From the NCBI GenBank assembly GCA_012026655.1, contig JAAILG010000276.1, positions 1 through 64,000 on the forward strand: a stretch of 64,000 nt of DNA, given 5' to 3'. Below, in pieces: positions 36,461 through 48,965 of this stretch (positions are counted from its first letter, which is position 1; the number at the start of each line of letters is the position of its first letter). Source of the stretch: Hydrolagus affinis. Taxonomy: Eukaryota. The translations under genes were made by a program, and so were the position numbers. Below the pieces are notes generated by a model. That model worked only from the letters and a program-made list of their open reading frames with translations. It was not told the DNA's origin and did not search any database.

Positions 36461-37703
36461 ATGCGATCGTTTTCTCACTCCAAGCTTTCAAATACGCTGT
36501 GTGCATCAAAGCTTTTTTTCTCCACCTCTCTGTCTATTTTAACAATGCTCTGTCTTGTTTGACGTAACATCGAAAGATGCCCTCCTACGTGCTTTTCCAT
36601 CTCTCCGCATCTTTAATGCATTCAAATCAAACCTCAGCTGACCAGCTGACTACTCCAGCTCATTCTTTCATAAGATCTCAAAACTCCTTACCTCCCACAG
36701 TTTTCTCTTTTCCTTACAATCAACAGGCTTTTAAAACCCAAGCTCAGCATCACCTAACCACTGCTACTTGAATTATCTCATCTTCTAGTCTTCTCTTTTC
36801 AACCTTTGTGTTCCCTTACACCATGGGGTCTTGGCCCATCAATGAACTTTCTCAGTAAAAATAATTCTGAATGCCAATATTCCAACTTGCCTTCAATAAA
36901 GCCTTCACTCCACATACTCCTTTGATTGTCTTACAGATTTGTTCCATATGCCTAGCCGGTTACTACTCCATTTGTCACACATCCTTGTTTAGCAATTACC
37001 TATCACGGATTTCAGAGAGCTTTGTGCTAGTCATGAGATCAATTGCATTATTTCATTACTGCTGCAGGTTTCATTTTTTTTAGGGGAATCGTCTTAACAA
37101 TGGGAAAGGCACTGCCTGCTTTCAAAAGGGAGCTGATTTCATTTTAAAGCACTTCGAACCAGCTCATGTTTCGCAAAACTCTTAATAACAATGATACGCA
37201 GGTAGCATAGTAGAGTACTGTAACAAACGGATACTTCGGGAGAGAATAAGACAGGGGCCAGAACTGTTCCGTTAGCAGTGTTAAGTGGAACAAGATTTGC
37301 AGTGTTGTTTGACATGAGCTAATTTATTTTTACATACTCAAAATCCACTCGAAAGGATTACATTTTTTAGACGTTTCTCGGTTTACTTTTATTTTAACCA
37401 TTGAATTCTGTATTCAGAAGGGACTCACACAATCTACTTTGGAAAACAGTGTCATTCATATGAATATTTTGTAAGCTGGATGGGTAAATGATCATACGTT
37501 TGTTCGCACGATACATCTATTGTCATTTACATCCGATGGAAACAAGCAAAAATTTACTGAAAAATAAGTTAACGTGGGGACTCATAATTATAAACCATTT
37601 TCTTTTAACCAGAAATTCATCTGTTTTCCTTTCAAAGCATGAGCAGCCTTTGATTGGAGTCTCAAAGCAAATGCTTTAGATGTCCTCCTGACACGAAAAG
37701 TGT

Positions 37704-37735
37704 TATATATATATATATATATATATAGATAGATA
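37704..37735. repeat. (TA)n(GATA)n microsatellite
   Basis: tatatatatatatatatatatatagatagatag. Confidence 0.92.
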
Positions 37736-39094
37736 GTTATTGTATATGTGGTTTATTATATTCCACATATCTGTGACTCTGTGTGGAGGTCGGTGGCAGT
37801 GGGTGTGGGGGGTGGGGGGGCGGTGGTGGTTGGGGGTGGGGGGAGGTAGGAGAATATAGTCTCTAGTTCCACTTCAGGCTTGCCAGATGTATGTTAGTGT
37901 CCACTGTAATCACATTTGATGTTGTATCTCAAGCTTGTTATGTTTTTCAACATTTTAAAGATCTGGATTACATCTCCTCTCAATCTTTTTTTCCCTTGTG
38001 ATAGAAGTTGAGTTCTAGCCTCCACATTAATGTAACACTAATCTTAGTGTACAACTGACTGTGTAAAGCACTCAAGCTTCGCTCTCATGTTTTATGTTTT
38101 CATTTGAGCCTCTTAGATGTGTTGCAGATGTCTAACCAACTCTACACCAAAGCTATTCTGGGTTTTGTTTCAAATCCGTGAACCAAAGATGTTCCACTTC
38201 ATTTAGTCATTTGCAATTCACACACTTGACAAGGAATTTCCCAGCCATCGGTGGCATATTAATTCTCCATGAAGTTCCTATGTGCATCTCATTTCATATC
38301 AACGACCCTGTGTGTGCATGGAGAGTGTATATCAAGTTTAAACCACCCACCAACCCCACACTATCCCCGAACCCCCAAAACCAAATTGAAACCCACACAC
38401 ATCAAAATGAAACCTGTCTATTTTAAATAATATCAGACACCAGGAACGATTTCAAGGCTGCCATTTTATCCCAGTGTTGAAATGATGATTTTAGAGCTCC
38501 CTCGTAGTTTATAACATCATCCCACACACCCTCCCATGATGAGATTATTGTGCCATAACATAGTGTTTTGCAAGGAAAATAAACTGATATTATTATCACA
38601 TGATACTGTACATCTTCAGCTTCAATCATTTGATTACCTTGTGCCCTTGACATGCTGCTTTTACTGTGTTGTGTGTTTCCGCCACATAACAGTTATAAAT
38701 AGTCTGTGTAAAAAGCAACAGGTGTTTAAGGCAATAATCTAACTTTAGGCTATATTGCTAGACAGAAATTTCTTGGCTTCTGCTTTTGTGAATTAGCATC
38801 TTATCACAACTCATTCACCAAGTTACTACCTAAAAGTTGTTTAGAGCTATCTATTAACCAATGTGCAAAGCTCTCTCGCATAGCCACACAGCTTGTTATA
38901 TATGTTATATATGTCATCAAACAGAATATTATTGGCTCAACTTGCGGTATTTCTTAACAGATTTCCTCATAAGAAATACAATTATTGGATTTCTAAAACA
39001 TCAGATGTGCCCTTCAGCTCACGGAAAAGACACATTTCTTATTAAGAAATCTGCTGAGAAATATTGTGAATTAGACTGTGTATAACAAAATACC

Positions 39095-39245
39095 AATAAA
39101 TTATATCTGTATAGCGCCTTTCATGACAGGAGGATTTCATGACAGCAAGGTGCTGGGCAGTCATAGGTTTCGGCTCGAGCAGGTAGTTCGGATCAGGAGG
39201 GAGGTGGAGGTCAGTGAGAGTAGAGATAGGAGGGTGAGGGTAATA
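39095..39245 (-). mobile_element. L2 type A 3' fragment
   Basis: aattatatctgtatagcgcctttcatgacaggagg...aaggtgctgggcagtcataggtttcgg. Confidence 0.8.
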
Positions 39246-39276
39246 TGTGTACAGTACAGTGCATATTGTAGTGATG

Positions 39277-39626
39277 TAATAATAATAATAATAATAATAA
39301 TCCTTGCATTTGATATAGCGCTTTCCACATCTTATCAATGTCCCAAAGCGCTTCACAGAATATACTGTAAGGTGATTGACTGTATATATTTGTGGGCGAA
39401 TTGCGGCAGCCAATTGCGCACAGCAGTGTCCCACATACAGTCGTGGATTGAAATGACCAATTTTATTATTGTGGTTTTTTTGAAGGGATTATTATTAGGC
39501 GTGTGGAGTAAGGAAACTTGCCCAAGGTTTCGCCCTGACCTGCCTGGATTCGAACACGGGTCTCCCCAGCTTGGTCTCCCCAGCTTGCAAGACAAGTGCT
39601 CTAACCACTGAGCCACAGGAGCTCCA
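39277..39626 (-). mobile_element. Full-length young tRNA SINE with a 14-bp tandem duplication in the head
   Basis: (TAA)n tail at 39277-39300; ggtctccccagctt twice at 39559-39586; head gtgctctaaccactgagccacaggagctcc. Confidence 0.95.
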
Positions 39627-39929
39627 CAATGTAATGTAAAGTATCCTGAGTTCCTTTCTCAGGACATTGAGCTACACAACAAATCTTGAGTCCAGCATAT
39701 GCAGGGGCCCAGGATACACCATGTTGAACTAGAAAACTCCACAGAATAAGCCAACATTCAAAAGCACATGCAAGCCTTACCAACCTCAGTGGCTGGACAA
39801 TGGTAAAAACTATTAGAGCTTCTCTCTTGAAGTTTATCAAATCATCTGACAATGACTACCCTGTGTCAAAGGATCATGCAATATCGTGTAAACATGTCTA
39901 TAAGAACTGCTTTAGGTGATATTGATAAG

Positions 39930-40280
39930 AATAAGAACCATTGCAATTGATATAGCATCTCATTACATCTTCAAGGTGTCTCAAAGCACTTCACGCAATA
40001 CACTCTAAAGTGAATTGACTGTATATTTTGTGGGCAAAACAAGGTAGCAAATTGTGCACAGCAGTGTCCCACAAACACTCGTGGATTGAGTGAACAAATT
40101 ATTATTAAAAAATTTATTGAAGCAATAGTAGCCCTGGAAATGTGACTGGGTTCCTACTTAATGCTAGGCAAACAGGTGTGTTGAGTGAGGAGGCTGGCCT
40201 AACATTTTGTCCTGCGAATGAAACCCGGGTACACTTGCTAGCGAGGCAAGTGCTCATAACCGAGACACTTCAGGATTCGT
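39930..40280 (-). mobile_element. Older long-CORE SINE copy
   Basis: Minus strand includes ctcactcaacacacctgtttgcctagcattaagtagg and the standard tail. Confidence 0.8.
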
Positions 40281-41967
40281 TAAAATCGCTTAATTCTCCC
40301 TGCTTCTCTCCCTAACCTTCGTGCCTGCTGCTGATTTTCTATTCTCCCCCCTGCTTAAATTTACGCACAATTGTTCTGCCCCCTCAGAAATACAAATGAC
40401 AATTTAATGCAGCAAAAAACTTTAAAGTTCTGTTTTACAACTTCGCCAAAGTTTGTTCCTTTTAGTAACACAGGAGGGAAAACATGGTACACAGCTTTTC
40501 AATAAACTGAAGCAGCATTCTTCAGGACCCAAAGGGAATTACAAATGGTGTTTTTCCTTTGTCTGCTGAGGCATACCCTTAAGATTTATGCTTGTATGCT
40601 AAAGCTTTAGCTGTATCTAACAAGCCTGAAATGGAACTGTGGGGTCCATTTGCCTCTCAGTCCATTGTGTTGTGCCTTTCCAGAGAGAGCGCTTAAAGAG
40701 ATTGAGTTAAAGTTCCTTTAGCAATTGAAACACGCTTGAAGGGGTGCGTGATGGGATGGAGCATCTGGAGACCACTTCAATGTCACTTCAAGGACGCCAA
40801 AATAAAACTCTGCCTTGTGTTCTCCTCGCATTGATGGAAAAGCAACAATTAGGCGTCAAGTAGATCTGATCACAAGCTGTGTATCAGGAATGTAACCCTG
40901 TGAATAAAGGTAATGCATGATACTGAAGGTGGTGCCAGTTGAAGAAAGGGAAATTGGTCGTAGGTCTTGTGTACTACAGGGGTTAAGGAGAGTTTTTAAG
41001 CAGCTTCAGGTAAACAATAGCCTCCATTTGTCAGCGGTGTGCAAGAGCTTGAACAGCTCCTGGTGCTGATTAAATAAAGGCTTCAATCAGGGCACAGTCG
41101 TTGCTCAGACATTTTCGGACAAATGGAAGTTAATGCGAGTCTGCAGATGCGGCTGACATTTATGATGAATCTGTGAAGTTTTTTCTACATTGTGATTTCA
41201 TTGCGATTATGACAGAGGAATGACAAATGCTCACACAACACTACTGAACATTCCCCTACAGACACCTACTCCCCCAATGGCCCCATGGGGAACTTGCACA
41301 GGGGCATGGAAAAGATAAGAAACATGTTTTGGGAGTATGTGGAGAAATGACTGAATGGGAGACAGAATAAACCTGAAGAAAGACAGGGTGTAGTGTGCGA
41401 TAAACTGTCATTTGAAACTGTTGACCACGACAATGAAAGATGTAGGTGGAGAGCGAGAGGTGTATCTATAGCATCTCTAGGTTTCCTGTGATTATATCCG
41501 CTCTCAAAAGAAAACAAGACCCTGTAAATTAACCCCGATCAACTCCCAATCTCAGGTAGAAACTCACAGAGGCCCCATGCTTGTAACCACGAAGCTACCA
41601 GTCATTGTATTTAAATGGTGTTCATACACATGTAGTATTTCGTCTGTGTGGTGAGTGCTTTCTTATACCGCACTCACACTGCAAATGTGAGGCAGTAGGG
41701 TAAGTACACTGGAAGGACGAGATCAAATGTGCTGAAGGGCTGTTTCCAGCTTGCAAACTATTCGCTTAACAACACTCTGCGGCGGTACCAACAAAATAGG
41801 TCTAAGAGGGTTCAGCTCAATCATGTGGGAACTATTCGGTGCAGCTCTATCCAAGAACAGGTTCATGACAGTGAAAAGTTAGTTACACAGGAACGAAAAA
41901 TAAAGCAGAGGTATTTGAAGTAAATCAGTAGTAACGGAGTTCACTGTAGTGAAGCTTAGCTGTATAA

Positions 41968-42228
41968 GGAAGGCCTTCAGCATTTCTGATGCCACTCTTT
42001 GGAACTCCATTCCAGTCACTTCACCTCACCCCTCCCTTGCTCCTTTCAAGGCCCGTTTCAAGACCCTCCTCTTTGACCCCAGCTTGGACTCCTATCCCTA
42101 ACTTCACAGCCCTCCACAATTCCCAATTCCAACCCGCAGCTCAGGTCTAAACCGCTGACTGTCCAGTGCATTGGGATGGCTTTCTGACGTGAAAGGCGCT
42201 ATATAATGTCATTTGTTGTCGTCGTTGC
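41968..42228 (+). mobile_element. L2 type A 3' fragment
   Basis: aggccttcagcatttctgatgccactctttggaactccattcc (AFSISDATLWNSIP), ttcaagaccctcctctttgac, tail gactgtccagtgcattgggatggctttctgacgtgaaaggcgctat. Confidence 0.88.
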
Positions 42229-43899
42229 TCTTATTGTCTGACGTGGAGTGTGCATCCGAGCGTGTCAACCTGGGTTGTTTGAAAGTTACACTTTGAGTCG
42301 GGAGTCGGAGCAGGGATTCCCAAAGGATTCCTAAATAATGAACCCTGCCAGCAACTAACATGCGGCACTCCGACCGGTGGGAACTTCACTACGACATGCC
42401 CAGAAGGGGCATCTTATAGGACTGACATCCCCAGGGAGGTGGACACGTTTCTGATCGGTGACAGGATTTGCTTTTCGCTAATCATTTGTGAATCCAGGCT
42501 GCAAATCCACGTTTTAGTCTCTTATTAGTCTGTCCCTTGCTCCGCAGGAGGCCTGCTTCATATCAAATGAATAAATAGTGTGACACATCTGGAAGAAGTT
42601 CACTCTACACTCACTAGCTCACCTCATTAAAGAGAAGCACATTTCTGTGATCCTAGAGAGGGGGTGGGAATAACAGTGGATAGGAATATAAATTAATATA
42701 CCGTAAATTACTGTTAAACATTGTGCCCAAATGAGTAAAGAAAATAACTTTGAAACCAACTCCTGCAGTGCTTCGTTATATAATTGCTGACCTGTTTCAC
42801 GTGGTAAGACCTGTTTTATTGTTATTACGTAACAGTTTTAAAGTAAATGAAACAATCTAAAAATTGCCTATAATTGTGAGCAATTGTGGAATAGATTATT
42901 GTGCCTTGAAGAGGAGAAAGAAATTCACATCTGACAGAGAAGTGTTCCCTTTTTTTTGCAGAGGCTTCATCTGCCTATTCAGATCCTGTTGATGATTTAA
43001 GTAGCACTTCGGGGTTAATAATCCATCAAGAATGAAATAATATCCGATCATTAGACGGCTGCATTAGCACAGGATAGAGTTTTTCACACTTTTAGCTTAA
43101 TAAAAGTGCCCTCGGCTCCCATATTAGAAAAAGCTTCTTGTGCACTTTCAGTGTGAGCTTTCATTAAAGTTACAGTAGGCGCTGCTCCTGGAAAAGAAAG
43201 AATAATCCATTTACCACAAAGGTTTATTCACTTATCAAGAATATTCATTTAACAGGAGTCTCCTATTGTCCATAGCAACGTCTGTTATTTGCAGTCCGCT
43301 TCACTTCAGTGTGTAACTCTTAATTGCGTGGTGCATTTCGGAATAAAGGGAGCCATTTCGTTTTCTCTCTTTCTTTTTTATTTTTTATATATGAATAAAA
43401 GGATTAGGCATTCTGTTTTGTCACAGCTGCTATTCAAATCAGATGTATTTTTAGTCTCCAATTTGCAACAGTTTTCCAGGCTTCCGAGAAATAAAGTGCT
43501 ACAGTGTTTTTTGGTCGTCTCTCCAGGGGCGTTTGCTCACAATCCCACTGTCACATCTCCTTCTCCCTGCGCAGGAAAGAGTTTTACAGCCAAATCACAA
43601 TTTGTAACTGATTGGTTTATAAGAGGCTGTTTTGACCCTCTGTATTTTTCTCCCTCTCTCTCTCTCTTCCGGAATATATCGCAGAAAGGTAAACAAGCCT
43701 GACAGTTGAGTGACTGTTTAAGGCACTGTTTTAAGCAATTTGCGGAGGTTTTCAAAGAGCAAAGGTAGCGCACCAGACATGCACATCTACCATAACGTCA
43801 TCAAGCGGAGCTGAAAAGATGCATCTCAGCAATGTTAGTGTCATGTGCTTTCACACTCACAGTCGCTGACGGTCTGAGAGCAGACATTTTGCACAAAAA

Positions 43900-44140
43900 C
43901 CCACCACAACAACACAAGTGGCATTTTTATACAGCGCACGTCATCTTAGGGGTATCATCCCACAGCGCTTGACAATGGCGGAGCACGACGGGGAGCCAGG
44001 TGGAGTGGGGGGAGATGACCGAAGGCACGGTTGAAGAAGGAAGTTCTCAGGCGCGACCGGAAAATGGGGAAGGATGGGGCAAGACGGAGGGATTGAGGGA
44101 GAGTGTTCCAGAGTTTCGGGGCTGAAAGCATGGCTTTTAG
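43900..44140 (-). mobile_element. L2 3' fragment
   Basis: ORF 43955-44185 contains SAPKLWNTLPQSLRLAPSFPIFRSRLRTSFFNRAFG (L2 ORF2 end); tail aaatgccacttgtgttgttgtgg. Confidence 0.85.
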
Positions 44141-44335
44141 AGCTCCTCTCGAATCGCACCTGTCGAGTCTTTCACCGCAACCCATCCACTCAGTGAAGCA
44201 TCCTCTTTGAAGGTCTATTGTGCGTCATGCGTGGAGCATATGCAAACACATATGTTCATTCCCGTTCCCCTTGATTTTACAATTAAGGACTTAAGGGCGG
44301 ACAGACTAGAGATGGGAGCGATGTCCAGGGGAGTC

Positions 44336-44392
44336 AACAACAACAACAACAACAACAACTTGCATTTATATAGCTCCCTTCACGCGGGGTAG
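44336..44392 (-). mobile_element. L2 type C 3' stub
   Basis: (aac)n ttgcatttatatagctcccttcacgcggggtag. Confidence 0.8.
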
Positions 44393-46119
44393 CATGAAGT
44401 CAGAGTCACAGGGTAACAAGGCTTGTAGCCCAGTCGACTGCAGTGATGTGTGTTGCTGTGATTTGATGCCAGTCCTACAGTTCTCAATATAAAACCATGA
44501 ACTTGGACAGATTGGGGGCAAAGGCAGGGGCGATCAGCAAACACAAGTAAATTACCCTTATCTATCCAAGTGCCACAACATGTTCACATTTAACGGAAAA
44601 GCACTGGTCATGTGCATGGAATAATATGTTTTTTTAATAAGCTGATACCACCAATACGAGCCACAATTATTGCATTAGAAAAATCCATTTACTGCACAGT
44701 GACTACAACAATCCTGAATGCATAATCAAGTTGCTCGGCCCGAACAGGAAATGATCAATAATCGTCCCAACGAGTGTGTTATTATACGCTGTGACGGTGC
44801 TGTTAAGCCCCTGTGCCATTAATTTTATCGTAACTCATTTCTTCAGGTTGAGCACATCAGGATTTAATGTTCCCATTCCCACTCCTGTTCTGCATGACAA
44901 ATTGTTTTAATAAACATATACCAGGTAATAATAAAGTAATAATAATCCAAGCAGTCACCTTATATCAATGCTGTTTAATCTCCCACGAGCCAACTGTTTA
45001 CAGTGACAATTACAATACAGCAAATATTTAACGCACCAAACACAACAGACAGATTTAATATTGTTTTTGCAAACGTGATTAGTGTCCTGTCAAGTTATTG
45101 TACTCTGGTGTTCACATTTCTCTCATGGGTCGTGTAGGATATACAGACCTTTTCCATCACCCTCCTCTACCTATCTCAATACATAAAGCTCTTTAATAAA
45201 AAAAACACAGCCGATAGTTAATATTCAGTGTATCAATCAACAATTTTAATTTCGAAAACAAATGTACCTTGGCACAATCCCCCAAGCCCCTCCCTTCCAA
45301 AGAGCGCACATAAAAACGTTGAAAATAATGAATGGCTGTTGTTTACAGCAGTAATTTCACGCTGCATTTCAATTATTGCTTGTATTTATTTAAGCTACTC
45401 CAGCTCCCAAACCTCCTTCAGTTGACTGAAAAGGATAGGACCAATTTCCGCGCCAGGCTTTCGATAGGGAAGCACAGCTCATTCTGACAAAGTGCAATGC
45501 TCTAGTTTATAAAACTTTCATCCTTTGCATACGTGCAATAAAATCATTATTAAAAAAAAAGTCTCTCTTTACAGAATAATTTTGAACAAGTGAATTGGCC
45601 ATAAATAAAATCCCAAATGTGCAAGATGTTTATGGACTGTTGGGTTATGATTCTCGGGCAATAATGAAGCCAACAGACTTATTCTGTGCATAGGTTTAGA
45701 GCAGCATTGGACAGTATGGCTTTTTGTAAAGCAAGTGCATATGAGTTTAATGCCATCCATAATAGCTGGACTTCCACCTCATCCCTGTCATTACCATCCA
45801 GCAGATTCAATGATCAGCTAAAGCTAAAGCTGGAACGTAAAGATCTTTATGTTTTATCGTGCAATTTTTAGCGTTCCTTTAGGCTCAGATTTGCATTCCA
45901 TTCCTTGGGCGGCAGTGAGCATCTGACATCTCACTCTAAAGGTTTCTGATGGCCAAGTACAATACTCATCCAATATCCCAAGATATCCATTTCTAGCAAG
46001 GCTCTTACAATACCTTACCTTGCAAATTCCATGGGTGGGAAGAATGGTAGGTGGGATCTCCAATGTCCCACAAAAATCCACAAAGTGTATGAATAATTTT
46101 ATCCGGAGGATTGTTATCA

Positions 46120-46333
46120 GATCTTAAGTGCAGTGACATGAGATCTTTAACCTGGATAGGCAAATTAGACCTTTTTTTTTGTCTCATCCAATGGACTAAT
46201 GCAGCACTCCCCTAAGATTGCATTAGACTATCAGCCTGCTCTATGTGAGCTCAAAGGCCTGGTGTAGGTGTTGAACTTGCTACCATCTGACTTTTAGAGG
46301 CAAAAATGCTACTAACTGAACCAGGCTGACATC
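46120..46333 (-). mobile_element. Deu-SINE 5' part, diverged
   Basis: catgagatctttaacc...gtctcatccaatggac...gcagcactccc...tcagcctgc...gtgagctcaaaggcctgg...agaggcaaaaatgctactaactgaaccaggctgaca. Confidence 0.72.
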
Positions 46334-47929
46334 TAAGCAGAGGATATATAGTGCATCAGCTATGTATGCACTGGTCCTGAGATTAATCTGGCAATTACAC
46401 AGATTCTGCCACTAAGATACCCAGAGGTTGAGTCTTCAAGGCTAGTTACACTTACCGATCAGAATGAGATGCTCTCGATAGCAAGGGTGATATATTTACC
46501 AGCAACAGGAGAAACACTTCCCCTGTGTCCATTAGGCACATCACATCTTTCTCAATTACTCTCAACAAAGTTCCATTGTAAGGTTCACACTCAAGCATGA
46601 AGTGGGAGAAGGGGGGAAAGAATGGGATTCATACAGAGATGAGCAGATAGTTAAAACTGTCCCAAGCTAGAAGGTGGACAAAACGCGTGGGTTGAGCATT
46701 GATATTGTGTGTATAATGGGGTGGAATTGAAGGCCATTAGCTGATTGAGTATTGTACCTCACAAGATTCATTTGGATATAATAGCAAAATAATAATCCTT
46801 GCATTTGCTATAACACCTTTCACTTTGTGAGGATGTCGCATAGTGCTTCACGGAATTTTACTGTGATATAATGACTGCACGTGTATAATAAGACCTCCAA
46901 ATGCTCATTGAAAATAAAGCACCTAAAACATGGTAACATAGCCCTTGACATGATCTATTTTTTCTGGTGGCTCCCAATTAGTGTAGATTGTGCTCAGAGG
47001 ACAGTGATCCAAACGAAACAAACTACCAATGTCTCTTCCAATGCAATTCACATTTCTTAGGCAGTGTAGAGATCTCAACCTTTTACAGTCATTTTATAGT
47101 GGCAGCAGAAGTCACTCTGTATTAGTCAAAACTGAATTAGTCATTCATATCGGTTTAATGCAAATCTCCACCTTTGTAGTTCAGATCAAATAAAGTCTGC
47201 ACTCCGCAGACTGAGGCATTCAATGAATACCACTGTAAATTCACAATACATGGTTTCTTTTTCTGCTGTCATACTACAGTACTGTTGCTCAGAACCATAA
47301 CCTATCATCAAATCTCATGGCAACAAACCTTTCCACTTGGAATCCAGAAAGAAACTAGTCTCACGCCACAAACCAACAATAGAGAAAACTGCAGGCCTTG
47401 TTCACAAGTTTGCAATAATTATGCTTCATCATAACCTATTTGTCCCATTTTGCATATTCCTGATTATATATCCTGCACAGATCAAAGCAAAAGGTCTTCT
47501 TTGTAGAGCGCAGTCTGTACTTATTCTATGCATTTGTTATTCAATTACATTAGCTCCTCTCTCTAGTGCTCTGACACACGAGACCTGTGATATAACATGC
47601 ATTGCTGGTACTGTCTCACCCTCTCCGATACTGAAGTTGTGCACAATAGCTCATTTCTATAACACGCGCTGTTGGTGACCTGTGAAGGAACACGTGTTAA
47701 TAATGAGTTGCTGCCTCAACAGAGAAACCACATAAAACAACTGTTTAATGCTATATTCTTTGCTATAAGCACAATTTTTTTTTGGTACGACTCCCAAAGG
47801 AAATGGTGTAATCAGCCTTTGCAAACTATGACTAAATTATAGGGTATCTGATAGTCAACATCTATTCAACATTCGTGTCTGTGATTGCTACTTTATTAGT
47901 CAGGCCTGTTAGAATGCACTGCGGTATAC

Positions 47930-48220
47930 AATACAATATAAAATTACATTTGTATAGCCCCTTTCATGTCGGGAGTGCGTCCCAAGGCCCTGGACAGTCA
48001 GGTATTGCAGGTGTATGGACTACATATTCGAGGCGAACTGGGCCTGCAGTCCCTCCCGGCTTCCGTCACTGATTGACTGTCTCCCTGTGCACTGCGTGAT
48101 GGTGCAGAAATGCCCACAGAATCAGCCATGTCCTGGTAACCTGCTGGAAGTACTCGCAAAACAACAATACAATTATATTTGTAGAGCGCCTTTCACGTCA
48201 GGAGGCCAGCCCAAGGCGTC
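47930..48220 (-). mobile_element. Two L2 type A 3' stubs (47930-48000, 48160-48220)
   Basis: aaattacatttgtatagcccctttcatgtcgggagtgcgtcccaaggccctggacagtca; aattatatttgtagagcgcctttcacgtcaggaggccagcccaaggcg. Confidence 0.8.
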
Positions 48221-48499
48221 TGTACTGTGGTTGCATTTGTGTATGTGCAGGAAAATGTCCGGTCAGCGCTGGAGGCTTTGTGAGCGCTGACCCCGAGACT
48301 GGGAATCACTGACCAGTGGCCATTCTTGTGGTGCCTCTCTGTAACATCGCCCACTATAAGCTCTGGTTTTATAAAATCAACCCGAACCACGGTGAAGAAT
48401 TTACAAGATGATGCTGGGTTGCTCTGCTGTTTTGCCAGTTACTTTATTTAGATTGAATGAAAGAATCGTTTAAATGAAGAGAGTTTAAAGCCCATCAGC

Positions 48500-48790
48500 A
48501 ACAAATCAGAGGGCATAGGGGGCCATTCAGCAGATCAAATGCAAGGATTATTATTATATTGAGTCCGTGTGTCTAGCTTGCACCAGCTCCTCAATGAAAA
48601 ATGACTTTGATCCCATCTCCTTGCTCTTTCCCCCAAACATGTTCACATCTTCTATCTTTGGGTCTGTCACATTCCCCTTTAATGACTTAATTGAGCGTTT
48701 TAAAGTATTACTCATGAGAGATATTAACTGTGCTGGCTTTGTATGAAATCTCATTCCAAAATCTGCTGTTTCACTCTTTGGTCAGAGTGA
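48500..48790 (-). mobile_element. Diverged CR1 3' fragment carrying a ~25-bp SINE tail insert
   Basis: agggcatagggggccattcagc | atcaaatgcaaggattattattat | attgagtccgtg...attccccttt. Confidence 0.55.
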
Positions 48791-48819
48791 AGGCTGTTTG
48801 TGCTCTTACAACATAAAAT

Positions 48820-48965
48820 AATAAATAATAGCCTTGTATTTTATATAGTGCTTATCATGTTTTCTAGACGTCTCAAAGTGCTTCAGAGAGTGTTCTGTAA
48901 AGTAAATTGCCTGAATATTATTTGTGGGCGTAACACAACAGCCAATTGCGCAAAGCAGTATCCCG
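48820..48965 (-). mobile_element. SINE 3' half
   Basis: aataatagccttgtattttatatagtgcttatcatg...gacgtctcaaagtgcttcagag...agccaattgcgcaaagcagtatccc. Confidence 0.85.

Noticed and set aside
37795-37850. G-quadruplex-capable G runs (also 16078-16125 and 60490-60537)
   Set aside because: Common low-complexity tracts with no contextual evidence of function
39078-39611. 177-aa plus-strand ORF
   Set aside because: Antisense read-through of an L2 stub and a SINE; the poly-Ile comes from (TAA)n
42962-43035. Acceptor followed by ASSAYSDPVDDLSSTSG
   Set aside because: No good donor before the stop and no recognisable protein
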